Shown here in pieces: positions 1-11,527 of a DNA stretch of 64,000 nucleotides (the stretch's first letter is position 1; every line of letters starts with the position of its first letter). This stretch comes from Octopus sinensis (taxonomy: Eukaryota): the NCBI RefSeq assembly GCF_006345805.1, contig NC_043011.1, forward strand, positions 11,284,001 to 11,348,000. The letters run 5' to 3'. The notes beneath the pieces were generated by a model. That model was not told the DNA's origin and did no database searches. It saw nothing but the letters and a program-made list of their open reading frames with translations. Made by a program: the position numbers and the translations under genes.

Positions 1-653
1 AGAGTGCTTGTATATAATATTAGATGGAATCATTCACACCCTAGTAGCTAACAGATGTATGGATTAGCCTACACTTTGGTGGCTATTGCGTGAGATCAAA
101 TGGAATAGTTCTCATTGAGGTAGGGGTATGTATTAAGATACAATGATCCACATTCTAGTGGATGTATATCAGTAGATGAAATGGTCATCATTGGTGTCTG
201 CTGCGTGCATGGATGTAAAAAGAACTAATCTACTACTGTTTATCTATCTCTTGAACTCTCTATTTTCAAGCAAGCCTCTTTCCTTCCTTTTTATTTCCTT
301 CACTTTTTATTTACGTTCACCCTTTTACATACACATCTCACATATTCACACACATTAACACATACATTAACACATATTGAAGAAAAGTTCCAACAAGATT
401 ATGTGGATACCAGTATATAAGTTTTGAGATCAAATCCACTCCAAATGTTTAATTGTAATTATATGCAAGGCATCAAGCTGTGGTCCATGTAGCCATGGAG
501 AGTAGGCATTAGATTACCTCAGAATGTTACATGCAACAAACGAGTGTTATCCCTCTAATTTATGTTTTGTACCCTTGAGATATATTTATGATGTTACACA
601 CATGCATGCACACATCTACACTTTATATATATCTTACTCTGTTTCTTGTGCAG

Positions 654-735
654 TGCTGTCTGTGCAGAGATCCCAAAGAAAGACCGTCTATTGAAGAAAT
701 TCTGCAGCATCCATATTTGAGAGAAGTGACTATAG
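654..735 (+). CDS. TTK: Protein kinase subdomain XI exon, TTK/Mps1-like (internal exon)
   Basis: ttgtgcag acceptor and G|gtattt donor. Translates CCLCRDPKERPSIEEILQHPYLREVTI, resembling the TTK/Mps1 CCLxRDPKxRxSIxELLxHPY motif. Upstream exons lie outside the window. Kinase call is strong; TTK orthology is from remembered similarity. Confidence 0.75.
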
Positions 736-925
736 GTATTTGAGATATTTTTCATCACTACTTAAAATTATTGATAGTAACTTGTATAATGTGTGTAGAT
801 ATAGTTGTTTTTGTTGATGTGTTACTGTGGTTATCCCTGCTTGAATAGGGCTCTGCTCTGTAAATCATTTAATTCTTAAAGCTCTGTAGTACATGTATAT
901 ATGTATATATATATATATATATGTA

Positions 926-1478
926 TCATCATCATCATCGTTTAACGTCCATTCTCAATGCTAGCATGGGTTGGATGGTTCGACCGGGGATCTGGGAAGC
1001 CAGAAGGCTGCACCAGGCTCCGGTCTTATCTGGCAATGTTTCTACAGCTGGATGGCCTTCCTAACGCCAACCACTCCGTGAGTGTAGTGGGTGCTTTTTA
1101 CGTGCCACCTGCACTGGTGCCAGGCGAGGCTGGCATCGGCCACGGTCGGATTGGTGCTTTTTACGTGCCACCGACACGGAAGCCAGTCGAGGCGGCGCTG
1201 GCCTCGGCCACGATTCAGATAGTGCTTTTTACGTATCTCCAGTCCAGGGGTCCTGGCATCTGCCAGGTGCCAGTCATAGGATTGGTCCAATTTCGATTCC
1301 GATTTCACTTGCCCCAACAGGTCTTCGCAAGCAAAGGGTGGTAGGCATAGGTGCCTGTCGTCGGATGAGGTTCGATATTGACTTCGCTTGCCTCAACAGG
1401 TCTTTGTGTGTCCAAGGGAGGAAAGGCATGCATAAGTGGGCTGGACTCACTTGTCCTGCCTGGTCTTTTCATGCACAG
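926..1478 (-). mobile_element. Modular SINE-like element with (GAT)n tail and GGAAGGGCATCC-type (V-domain-like) motif
   Basis: Tail catcatcatcgtttaacgtcc is shared with copies at 5831, 6164, 7427, 9362, 12883 and 13641. Three internal ~65-bp modules. Confidence 0.8.
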
Positions 1479-1496
1479 CATATATATATATATATA

Positions 1497-2131
1497 TATA
1501 AAAGTAAATAAATGGTACAACGAAGCACCGATATTTACTGGAAAATAGCGAACATAATAAATATGACGCTAATGTATAGCTTCACTGCGTATGTACTAGT
1601 AAAGATGCGTGTGTGCAACAAACATGAAAAAAATTGTCTTACCTCTAGGAAGAACATCTGAAAAATGAAAAACTTAGATAACGGATAATGCAGTACCGGT
1701 TTCGGATTTTTCAAAATACAAATGCCAAACGTATATTTGATTTATCTTCATCAGCTGCATAAACCTCGACAATATTTCAAATGTTGCCACATCTATGCCA
1801 GTACACTCATCTGAACGCCAAAACGTTAACAGAACGAGAACAGTGAAGAAGTTTCAATGAAAATAGTAATGCAATACGAGAGTATTGCTTTCCAGTAAAG
1901 GATAGCCCATGAGGGTAAAACTATACATAAAAGTAAATAAATGGTACAACGAAGCACCGATATTTACTGGAAAATAGCAAACGTAATAAATACGACGCTA
2001 ATGTATAGCTTCACTGTGTATGTACTAGTAAAGATGCGTGTGTGCAACAAACATGAAAAAAATTGTCTTACCTCTAGGAAGAACATCTGAAAAATGAAAC
2101 ACCTAGATAACAGATAATGCAGTACCGGTTT
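1497..2131 (-). mobile_element. Hammerhead-bearing 1.5-mer of a 429-bp unit (retrozyme or Penelope pseudo-LTR type)
   Basis: 1497-1702 repeats at 1926-2131 (offset 429, about 7 differences in 206 bp). Abuts (TA)n at 1481-1500 and contains a hammerhead. Confidence 0.8.
1688..1760 (-). ncRNA. Type I hammerhead ribozyme, intact core
   Basis: Minus strand AUGCAG-CUGAUGA-A-[stem II]-C-GAA-ACCGGU-A/CUGCAU: 6-bp stem I, palindromic stem III, GUA triplet, predicted cut between 1694 and 1693. Confidence 0.8.
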
Positions 2132-2506
2132 GTTAGTGGTAAGACCATAGCGGATCTTCTTCTAGTAAAATGGATGTCCACTTACAGTTCATCCCTCTTA
2201 TATAATAGTTTCAGTATTAAAGTGAATGCATAAAAGTGCAAGTATTTGACATTACAATTGAGAGATGTTTTTGTTTTACTTTTGACACGTAATACTGAAA
2301 TAGTAGAGAAGATATGATATTGCTGTGGGCTTGCACTAGGCAAGAAGTTAAACATTTTTTTTGCCCACGACACTACATGGACCCTAAGTAAGGCATGTGT
2401 AAAATTTGAATGAAATTGGTTGTGTAGTTCTCAAGTTTTAGGGATTCATACAGACAGACAGACACATATTCTCATCTTTATATATATATATATATATATA
2501 TATTAT

Positions 2507-2690
2507 TATTTTTTTGTTTTACTTGCTTCAGTCATTTGACTGCAGCTATGCTTGTGTACCACCTTTAGTTGAACAAATTGACCCCAGGACTTATTCCGTG
2601 TAAGCCTAGTACTTATCCTGTCTTCCTCTTTTGCTGAGCCGCTAAGTTACAGGGATGTAAACACACATGTGTATGTATGTATGTATATAT
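2507..2690 (-). mobile_element. SINE family A (CORE-like), 3' portion
   Basis: Matches the tail of full copies at 4548, 19301 and 61330 (ttcagtcatttgactgc...). Confidence 0.75.
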
Positions 2691-4547
2691 ATATATATAG
2701 AATATATATACAAAATACAGTGTACATTTAGACACATAAGGAATCCACTTGTGGGATTCAACATGCTAGAAAGAACAGCTAGGTTCTATAATCACAAAAT
2801 TAGGGATAAAATTCAACAGGAATGAAATGAAAAAATAAAAACATTTTACCATCTAGTTTCCTGGACCAATTGGATTTTGATTTTTGTTTAGATGCTCATT
2901 TGACATTGTTTCACCACACACCACACATGATGAGCTTGGTTTGTCAACATCACCAGACCAATAAAATCCAAATTTCAAATAATTTTCACAGTACTGTCGA
3001 TTAATGTTTCTCTTTTTGACAATAGAGGTTGATGGTTGGTCACCTCTGGACTTAAACTCATCACTAATACCTTTCTTTTCAAATATTTATCCATTGTAAA
3101 GGGTCATGAAATATCAATATGACAGTTTTGGGTAGGATTGTCTAAATTGAGGTGATAGTGTTTTTCGGTCCCACAAAACCTTCTCGTTCATGTACAAACA
3201 CAACAAAACAATAAAAATATGTCTTCCTACCTAAAATTGATGTTTTATGAGACCATGTTGAGCTGGAAATCATCAATTTTCAATGTATTATGCACAAAAA
3301 TAGTCAATGTTTGAGCACTGACAACACATCATAAAGCCACCATTTTTACTATGTCCCACACACCAGTAGACAACTACAGACCTCTACTATACTGTCATTA
3401 GCATAGGATGATGAAACATTGGAACCCTCCGGTGTAAAAAGCCAGAAAATTTATCTATATTGAACAAGCAAATGCACATCGAGCTTCCTTTTTGGCTACA
3501 CTCAACGAATGGCACCTGCTGATTGGTCCAGCACATCACATGACAATGCCTTCTCCCATCACATGACTATGCCCTCACCCATCATAATGTAAACATAGCA
3601 GCCAACTCACTCTTCCAATGGGATAATCCCCCAGAAAATTAGGAAATTAAGGTATATAGAGATGAAGCAAAACAAAATATATGTAAAGGGAAGCTAACAT
3701 GGACTCTTTAAGTTTCTAATCTCTGCAGGCAATTTTCTCAAACTTTCAAAGTTCTTTCCAGAAAATCTACCCGATAGATTTGCTTGAAATTTTGAGGAGA
3801 CCGTAGCTTCATTGTGACAGAAGCCTTTTTCGAAAAATTCTGCTTCGAAAAAATGTTGTAGTCACTTTTAGCAAAAAAAAATGTGATATTTTTCAGTTTT
3901 TTTACTGTCCAGCATACTAATGACAATAACATTTTTGTTTTTCAAAATATCAAAAAATGGCTTTTGTTACCATACAATGACTAGATTTCTGATTTGAAAA
4001 AAATGTAAAAATCATCTTCATAGCTTATTTGGTTTTTCTCAAAAGAACTCTGAAAGTTATGCTATTTTTCAACCATTTTTGGTCATATCTCAGCAAAAAT
4101 TTGGACTTGATGAAAAAGAAATATATCATTTGTCTCAGTTTTAGAGGTAGATTCTACCATAAAAGTGAAAAAAAAGATGCATAATATAATAATTTTTTTT
4201 TTCTTTCGGGGTGTCCCACCTTAAGACAAGTCATCATCATCATCGTTTAGTGTCCGCCCTCCATGCTAGCATGGGTTGGACTAAGTATGACCAATATTCA
4301 TTTTATATGATCAATACTAATGACAAGCAAAACGATAAATGATATAAAATTTTTAGCATTGCGACACATTTGGAAACATTTCACTCATCCCTAAACGAAC
4401 AAAGCTATGTGGTGCAACATTTTACACCACAGACTAAATACTCAAATGGGATCGTGGGGTTTTTTCACATTTTCTTAGTCTGTCGTTCAAAATTTCCTAG
4501 CACACTTAGGAAAGTCGTGGCACACTGGTTGAGAATCGCTGACATAG

Positions 4548-4959
4548 ACTCTTTTACTCTTTTACTTGTTTCAGTCATTTTGACTGCGGCCATGCTGGAG
4601 CACCGCCTTTAGTCGAGCAAATCGACCCCGGGACTTATTCTTTGTAAGCCCAGTACTTATTCTATCGGTCTCTTTTGCCGAACTGCTAAGTGACGGGGAC
4701 GTAAACATGCCAGCATCGGTTGTCAAGCAATGCTAGGGGGACAAACACAGACACACAAACACACACACACATATACATATATATATACATATATACGACA
4801 GGCTTCTTTCAGTTTCTGTCTACCAAATCCACTCACAAGGCTTTAGTTGGCCCGAGGCTATAGTAGAAGACACTTGCTCAAGATGCCATGCAGTGGGACT
4901 GAACCCGGAACAATGTGGTTGGTTAGCAAGCTACTTACCACACAGCCACTCCTGCGCCT
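4548..4959 (-). mobile_element. SINE family A, full length (tRNA-like head, CCTTGGGCAAG-type core, internal microsatellite)
   Basis: Reverse complement of the + copies at 19301-19710 and 61330-61740. A/B-box-like head. Confidence 0.85.
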
Positions 4960-5189
4960 GATCAACTTTGTCTGAAAACTCAGTTTTTCATTGTTACCAT
5001 TTAGACATTTAGTATCATAGCTATGTCTACCAATATGAATTTATATCATTCTGAGCACAGAAGTTGTAGGTTGCAAAGCAGTTCTCTTGAAATAATCTTT
5101 CGCATAGGTTTTGAAAGAGATGTTCACATTTCTATGAATGAATCAGTAAAAGCTTTTTGTAACAGATTTAAATGCTCTTGTAATTTCAG

Positions 5190-5290
5190 CTCCAACAGCA
5201 GTGACCCCTCCGAGGAGTGATGATTTGAAGCACAATAAACTTGTTGATAATAAATCATTGCCATTGAATTCTGTAAAGACATCATCACAG
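5190..5290 (+). CDS. TTK: Putative next exon of the TTK-like gene (C-terminal tail)
   Basis: aatttcag acceptor and CAG|gtaggt donor. Phase 1 in, phase 0 out, open frame (A)PTAVTPPRSDDLKHNKLVDNKSLPLNSVKTSSQ. Phases match both neighbouring exons; no sequence homology recognised. Confidence 0.55.
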
Positions 5291-5415
5291 GTAGGTTTCT
5301 TCTATTTTTTTTTCTGAATATCTATCTCTAGAGCTTTTAGCATCTTCTCTATCATCTCCTCACAAATTTAGCTTTTATCATTAGTGCTGGCTTTTCATGC
5401 AAGATTTTTGCTATA

Positions 5416-5800
5416 TCTTTATATATAAAAGAGAGGTTGTGTGCTATCTGTCTCCTACGATTTAGATTCCTAACTACTCCCACATTTTGCAGTGCAGTTT
5501 AACCAAAACCGGGTATCTTATAGTCGTGATTCATATCAAGCCCTTCTGGGTATTAGCGCGCGTCTACGATGAGTCTACGATTTAAAAAAATATTTACCAT
5601 CAATTTTTCCCATTTTTAATGCAATTTTGGCATATATAAGGGAAGTAACTCTCTAAAAATTTATTATTAAATCTCAGAACGTAAAAAGCTACAGTAACCC
5701 CCCCCCCCTTTGTGGTTAGCCATATTGAGATGGCTATTATACTTTACATCTCTAAAAATGCTTATATAGTTATTTCCCTTACAAACCGAGCAACTGCTAG
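5416..5800 (+). mobile_element. Non-autonomous Helitron-like element, family 1
   Basis: A|TC start, CTAG|T end. Near-identical copies at 8427, 29705 and 59304. Confidence 0.8.
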
Positions 5801-5830
5801 TAACGCATAAAATTAAAACCTTTGTCAACT

Positions 5831-5995
5831 ATCATCATCATCATCATTTAACATCCGTTTTCCATGCTAGCATGGGTTGGACGGTTCGACCAGGGTCTGG
5901 TAAGCCATGGAGGCTGCACCAGGCTCCAGTCTGATTTGGTAGTGTTTCTACAGCTGGATGCCCTTCCTAACGCCAACCACTCCGTGAGTGTAGTA
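5831..5995 (-). mobile_element. Truncated (GAT)n-tailed modular SINE
   Basis: Same 3' end as 926-1478. Confidence 0.75.
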
Positions 5996-6163
5996 CACTG
6001 ATTAAAAATTTATATGTGTATGTGTGCATGCTGTAGTTTGCTTGAAATATTGCAGAACGACCCATTGTTCTATGCCTGAATAAAGGTATAAATATTCAAC
6101 AAAGAATTAAGTAAAAGAAAGAAAACAATATTGAAATATAAGAATCATTTAATAATCAAAATA

Positions 6164-6660
6164 CATCATCATCGTTTAATGTCCGCTTTCCATGCTAGCA
6201 TGGGTTGGACGATTTTGACTGAGGGCTGGCGAGCCAGATGGCTGCACCAGGCTCCAATCTTGATCTGGCAGAGTTTCTACAACTGGATGCCCTTCCTAAC
6301 GCCAACCACTCCGAGAGTGTAGTGGGTGCTTTTTACGTGCCACCGGCATGGGGGCCAGTCAGGCGGTACTGGCAATGACCTCGCCCGAATCTTTTTACAC
6401 ATGCTACCGGCACAGATGCCAGTAAAGCGACGTTGGTAATGATCACGCTTGAATGGTGCCCTTTTATGTGCCACGGGTACGGAAGCCAGTTGGCTGCTCT
6501 GGCAACGATCATGCTCAGATGGTGTTCTTGGCACCCTACTAGCACAGGTATAAGTGCCAGTAAGGTGACGCTTGTAACGAACATACTCGAATAGCCACTC
6601 TGTCAATGATCACACTCGTATGGTGCTCTTCGCACCCCGCTAGCATGGATGCCAGTCATC
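6164..6660 (-). mobile_element. (GAT)n-tailed modular SINE with several modules
   Basis: Same tail plus repeated ttttacgtgccaccggcac-type modules. Confidence 0.75.
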
Positions 6661-7084
6661 GAAATGATTTTGACATATTTATTTTTAATTGTTTTTATTT
6701 CTACATACAACATTGAATACATCAAACTGCAGACTGAGTGTACTGGGTGCTTTTGATATGACACCAGCACCAACAAGGTCACCAGGTACCTTGCAACAGG
6801 AGGAGACAAAAAGTTACACCAGTAGGGAAAAGAGATCATAGGTGAAGAGAGAGAGAGAGAGAAAGATGTGTCATGCTGCACCCTCGAGTTACAGGGAAGT
6901 ATATATTAGTGAAGTAGTAGAGTGGTTTTGTTAAAGTGAGTGGACAACTAATTTCAAAAGAATGCAAAAAGAGAGAGAGAGAGAGACCGAGGTAGATGGT
7001 GAAAAGAAAATGCAATGTTGGGGAGAGATTTGTCAGGTATAGATTATGTGCAGTGGTATAGAAATACATAACATACCTTTAGGA

Positions 7085-7375
7085 CTCCTTTTCCATTAGA
7101 TTGATGGGTCTTCTAAAGCGCAGCAAACTATCACTCATCTCAGTCGTTTGTCATCTATGTGAGACTTAACATCTAAAAGTCATTTTTCACCACTTTGTCT
7201 CACACCTTCCTAGGTCTTCCCCTTCCACAGGTTCCATTCACATTTAGCGATCAGTACTTCGTTATGTCACTGTCCTCATCCATATGCATCACGTGACCAT
7301 ACCAACACAGTCTCTTCTCCTCTACGCTATATCTGATGCCTCCTATGCTTAATTTCTCTCTCAACACTTATACTT
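7085..7375 (-). mobile_element. RTE-type LINE 3' fragment (decayed)
   Basis: Minus translation RLCWYGHVMHM...GRGRPRK is typical of RTE C-termini. Contains stops. Confidence 0.65.
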
Positions 7376-7426
7376 TGTTGTACTGATACTCCGCCGCCAG
7401 CAGGGCATGTTGCCTTCACATGCTCT

Positions 7427-7775
7427 CATCATCATCATCATCATCGTTTATCATCTGCTTTCCATGCTAGCATGGGTTGGATGGTTCGACTGGGGTCTGG
7501 GAAGCCAGAAGGCTGCACCATGCCCAGTCTGATCTGGCAGTGTTTCTACAGCTGGATGCCCTTCCTAACGCCAACCACTCCGAGAGTGTAGTGGGTGCAT
7601 TTTACATGCCACCAGCACGGTGCCAGGCGAGGCTGGCAATGACCACGATCGGTTGGTACTTTTTATGTGCCATGCCCGTCGGGGCGGCGCTGGCAATGGT
7701 CACGTTCAGATGGTTCTTTTACGTGCCACCGGCACTGGCATCACAACTACAATTTCCATTGATTTTTGAGCGATA
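7427..7775 (-). mobile_element. (GAT)n-tailed modular SINE
   Basis: Same tail and modules as 926-1478. Confidence 0.75.
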
Positions 7776-7962
7776 GTCCATGCTTCACTACCATATAGCA
7801 TACATGTCATGCACAAGTTTCATACAATCTGCCTTTTATTCTGAAAGAGAGGGGCATTTAGTTACCGCCAAAGTTAAAAGCTCTTTGAACTTTTCCCATC
7901 CGGTTCTTAATACCTCTGTAATTACTTCTCTATGGAGCATCTCCCTTACTATTGCTTGTTAA

Positions 7963-8182
7963 CCCTTTCGTTACTGTATTTATTTTGAGATGCTCTCTGT
8001 TTTTTTCAATTGCTTTAAATATAACAAAGAATTTAGTAAAATAACTTAGTTATAATTAAGCTAGTGTTAAGCACATAAATAGTTACTAAAGTTTCGTAGA
8101 AGATATTAATACAAAACTTATGGAAACGAGACATTTGTACTCTGAGCCAGAGCCAGTTTCAGCCGGGTTGGTAACGAAAGGG
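7963..8182. mobile_element. piggyBac-type MITE
   Basis: TTAA|CCCTTTCGTTAC ... GTAACGAAAGGG|ATAA: 12-bp TIR with CCC/GGG ends and a TTAA TSD carrying one change. Confidence 0.75.
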
Positions 8183-8426
8183 ATAATTCTCCTACACCAG
8201 TCATTGGATAGATCTTCCTAGACAATCTTATCAACAATACTGGGGTGTATCACACTCCACTAGATATTTTAAGCATCTCAGCAATAATTCCTGATGGACC
8301 TAGAACTTTCCTTGTCTTCATATCCTAAATGCATTTTCTATCATATTGCTGTCATCTCAATAACTGGTATAAAGAATTTCTCCTCAGACATACTTATTTT
8401 CACACACACATCGCACATATATATAA

Positions 8427-8808
8427 CTAGCAGTATCGCTTGGGTTTGTAAGGGAAATAACTATATAAGCATTTTTAGAGAGTTATAGCCAAAAAATAGC
8501 AAAAAAATGCATTCAAAATGGAAAAAAAATGATGTTAAATTTTTTTTTAAATCGTTGACTCATCGTAGACATTTTTAGAGAGTTACTTCCCTTATATAAT
8601 AGCGAAAAAAATGCATTAAAATGGAAAAATTGATGGTAAATTTTTTTTAAATCGTAGACTCATCATAGACGCGCGCTAATACCCAGAAGGGCTCGATATG
8701 AATCACAACTATAAGATACTTTGGTTAAACTGCACCGCAAAATGTGGGAGTAGTTAGGAATCTAAATCGTAGGAGACAGACACACAACTTGACTTTTATA
8801 TATAAAGA
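8427..8808 (-). mobile_element. Non-autonomous Helitron-like element, family 1
   Basis: Reverse complement of 5416-5800 with TC and CTAG ends. Confidence 0.8.
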
Positions 8809-9699
8809 TGTTCCATACATAGATGTATCTATAGATAAATATACACAGATGTGTGTGCTCTCTCTCTTTCTCTCACACACATACACCCACACATTTTTAA
8901 GAAGCCACAGTCTTTCCAAGAAAATGAAACCCTTAAATTACTTTTTTTACTCTTTCTGTTGAAGTGATTGTTGTGGAAATGAATTGTTACACAGAACATA
9001 AACAAAGAGGAAAAAAATGATAGCTTGAGGTTTCCCACATGCTTGGAAGCAAAATTAGAAATCCAAGCATTTTTAGGAATATCGTGTGTGTGTGTGCATG
9101 CGTGCACATACACACACGTACATACACACACATATGTATAAAGTCAATTCAAATAAACAAACAATTCAAAATTTTTAAAATTCAAATAAAAAGACCAAAA
9201 AAAAAAGCCAAACATGAGGATGTGCACAAGAAATATATTAGCTTGACACTCAGCGAAAGGATAGAGTTTGACATTTTGAGCATAGCTCTTCATTGGAAAG
9301 GAGAAAAGGAAAGGTCCAAGGGTGAAGAAGAAATCGCCAACACATGTGGTTACATTTGATTTCATCATCGTTTAACGTCCGTTCTCCATGCTAGCATGGG
9401 TTGGACGGTTCGACCGGGGATCTGGGAAGCCAGAAGGCTGCTCCAGTCTGATCTGGCAGTGTTTCTACAGCTGGATGCCCTTCCTAACGCCAACCACTTT
9501 GTGATAAATAATTTTTTAAAATTTGCTTCATCTTTATTGCCTGTAGGATGTGTGACAAATTTTGATTAATTTGGATTGTGAACCATTATTATATGTGTTT
9601 CTGTGTGTTTATATATGCACATTTCATCTGGTTGATGGCTTATATTTCATCTCTTAGTCTTGCGATAGCATGATAGATAGATGAGTCAAAGATAATAAG

Positions 9700-10020
9700 A
9701 TGTGGAATACTGCCACAACATAATAGTGGCAACAAGAATATTACAGTGCCGACATTAACATACAAGTGGATGAGGATCCACATTATAACAATATTGATTC
9801 CGTGGCTGCCCTACTCACCAAATTTAGCACTTGCGGACTTTCATCTCTTCCCCAAGATGAAAATGCATCTCAAAGGTCACTGTTTTAACACCACTGTTGA
9901 GATCCAGAGTGAATCACAGAAGGTCCTCAACTCGCTTACAGAACACGACTTCCATGTCAGAATCCAAAAGTAGCAGGATTGGTGGGATTGGTGTATTGTT
10001 GCACAAGGCGACTATTTTGA
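9700..10020 (+). mobile_element. Mariner transposase C-terminal fragment
   Basis: PWLPYSPNLALADFHLFPKMK resembles the mariner YSPDLAPxD motif. Confidence 0.75.
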
Positions 10021-10534
10021 AAGAGATGGTGTTAGAACTTACATCCTTAAAATCCTTAAAAATTCTTAAAAATGTTTTAGCCCGAAGGCCACGGCCATGC
10101 TGGGGCACCAAAGTTATTTTTTTTTATTAAACATAACTAGTATGAGAACCTTTTGATACCACCTTGTATCTTATGTGCATTTAGTTAAGCTGATAGATTA
10201 TCCAGTAATTTGCACAATTCTACTATGTTAAAATTTTGCTGTATACTCCTTGAATATAATAACTCACTTTCTATACTGATATTTAAACAAAATTTAAATA
10301 ATTTTATAACTATGTTGAATTTACCTGTAATTAAATTTATTTTGAGACAAAAATTATGAAACACATTTGGTTAAGGACCTTTTGTTAAATTGTGTTCCAA
10401 AATTCACATTAATATATTGATTAATAAAAAAAAGAGTTGTTTTATGAAGCTAGCTTAAATTCATGATTACTTTAGAATTTATTGAAACTCATAAGGGGTG
10501 TATTTTGGTTAGCTATATAGTAACAAAAGCTTAA

Positions 10535-10761
10535 GGCGGTGAGCTGGCAGAAACGTTAGCATGTCGGGCGAGATGCTTAGCGGTATTTCGTCTACCGTTA
10601 CGTTCTGAGTTCAAATTCCGCCGAGGTCGACTTTGCCTTTCATCCTTCCAGGGTCGATAAATTAAGTACCAGTTACGCACTGGAGTCGATGTAATCGACT
10701 TAATCCCTTTGTCCTTGTTTGTCCCTTTTATGTTTAGCCCCTTGTGGGCAGTAGAGAAATA
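10535..10761 (+). mobile_element. SINE family C (GCCTTTCATCC...GGGGTCGATAAA, Meta-like central motif), monomer
   Basis: tRNA-like head with A/B boxes. Flanking 16-bp repeat tatatagtaacaaaag. Confidence 0.85.
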
Positions 10762-10909
10762 TATATAGTAACAAAAGGGTTAAGTAGATGCTGAGGTTAA
10801 GGGGTTCAGAAATTAGAAATGAGTGACAGTGACTCCTCCCTTCCCTCCCTCCCTCTTTCTTACTGCTCTTCTCCTCTGCACCATAAGATGCTCTATATTG
10901 TATTCCAAA

Positions 10910-11325
10910 GGCGGCGAGCTGGCAGAAACGTTAGCACGCTGGGCGAAATGCGTAGCCGTATTTCGTCTGCCGTTATGTTCTGTGTTCAAATTCCGCCGAG
11001 GTCGACTTTGCCTTTCATCCTTTCGGGGTCGATAAATTAAGTACCAGTTTTGCGCTGGGGTCGATGTAATTGACTTAATCTGTTTGTCTGTCCTTGTTTG
11101 TTCCCTCTGTGTTTAGCCCCTTGTGGGTAGTAAAGAAATAGGTATTTCGTCTGCCGCTACGTTGTGAGTTCAAATTCCGCCGAGGTCGACTTTGCCTTTC
11201 ATCCTTTCGGGGTCGATAAATTAAGTACCAGTTAAGCACAGGGGGTCGATGTAATCGACTTAATCCGTTTGTCTGTCCTTGTTTGTTCCCTCTGTGTTTA
11301 GCCCCTTGTGGGTAGTAAAGAAATA
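10910..11325 (+). mobile_element. SINE family C, head-to-tail dimer
   Basis: Full unit plus a 185-bp unit starting at 11141. 16-bp TSD tatattgt(a/g)ttccaaa at 10894-10909 and 11326-11341. Confidence 0.85.
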
Positions 11326-11389
11326 TATATTGTGTTCCAAAATATTATTCACTCGCTTATTTTATTTGTTTGAGCTTCTTTTTTTCCAG

Positions 11390-11527
11390 ATTGTAGAGGA
11401 CAAAGAAAACATCGTGGTGGATAGGATGAATTACAAGACCAAATCCAAGCCAGCTGTTTATTGTGGTACTTCAAAAGAAATTCGAACTCCATTACAGTCT
11501 TTGACTGTTGCAGATGACCAGAAATAG
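11390..11527 (+). CDS. TTK: Putative terminal coding exon of the TTK-like gene
   Basis: Strong polypyrimidine acceptor cttcttttttttccag, phase 0. IVEDKENIVVDRMNYKTKSKPAVYCGTSKEIRTPLQSLTVADDQK* carries KEN and RxxL motifs. Confidence 0.6.
   Translation: MVEDKENIVVDRMNYKTKSKPAVYCGTSKEIRTPLQSLTVADDQK

Noticed and set aside
3647-4224. Kolobok-like TTAA-flanked element
   Set aside because: Only TTAAGGT is shared between the putative ends; too short to support a TIR.
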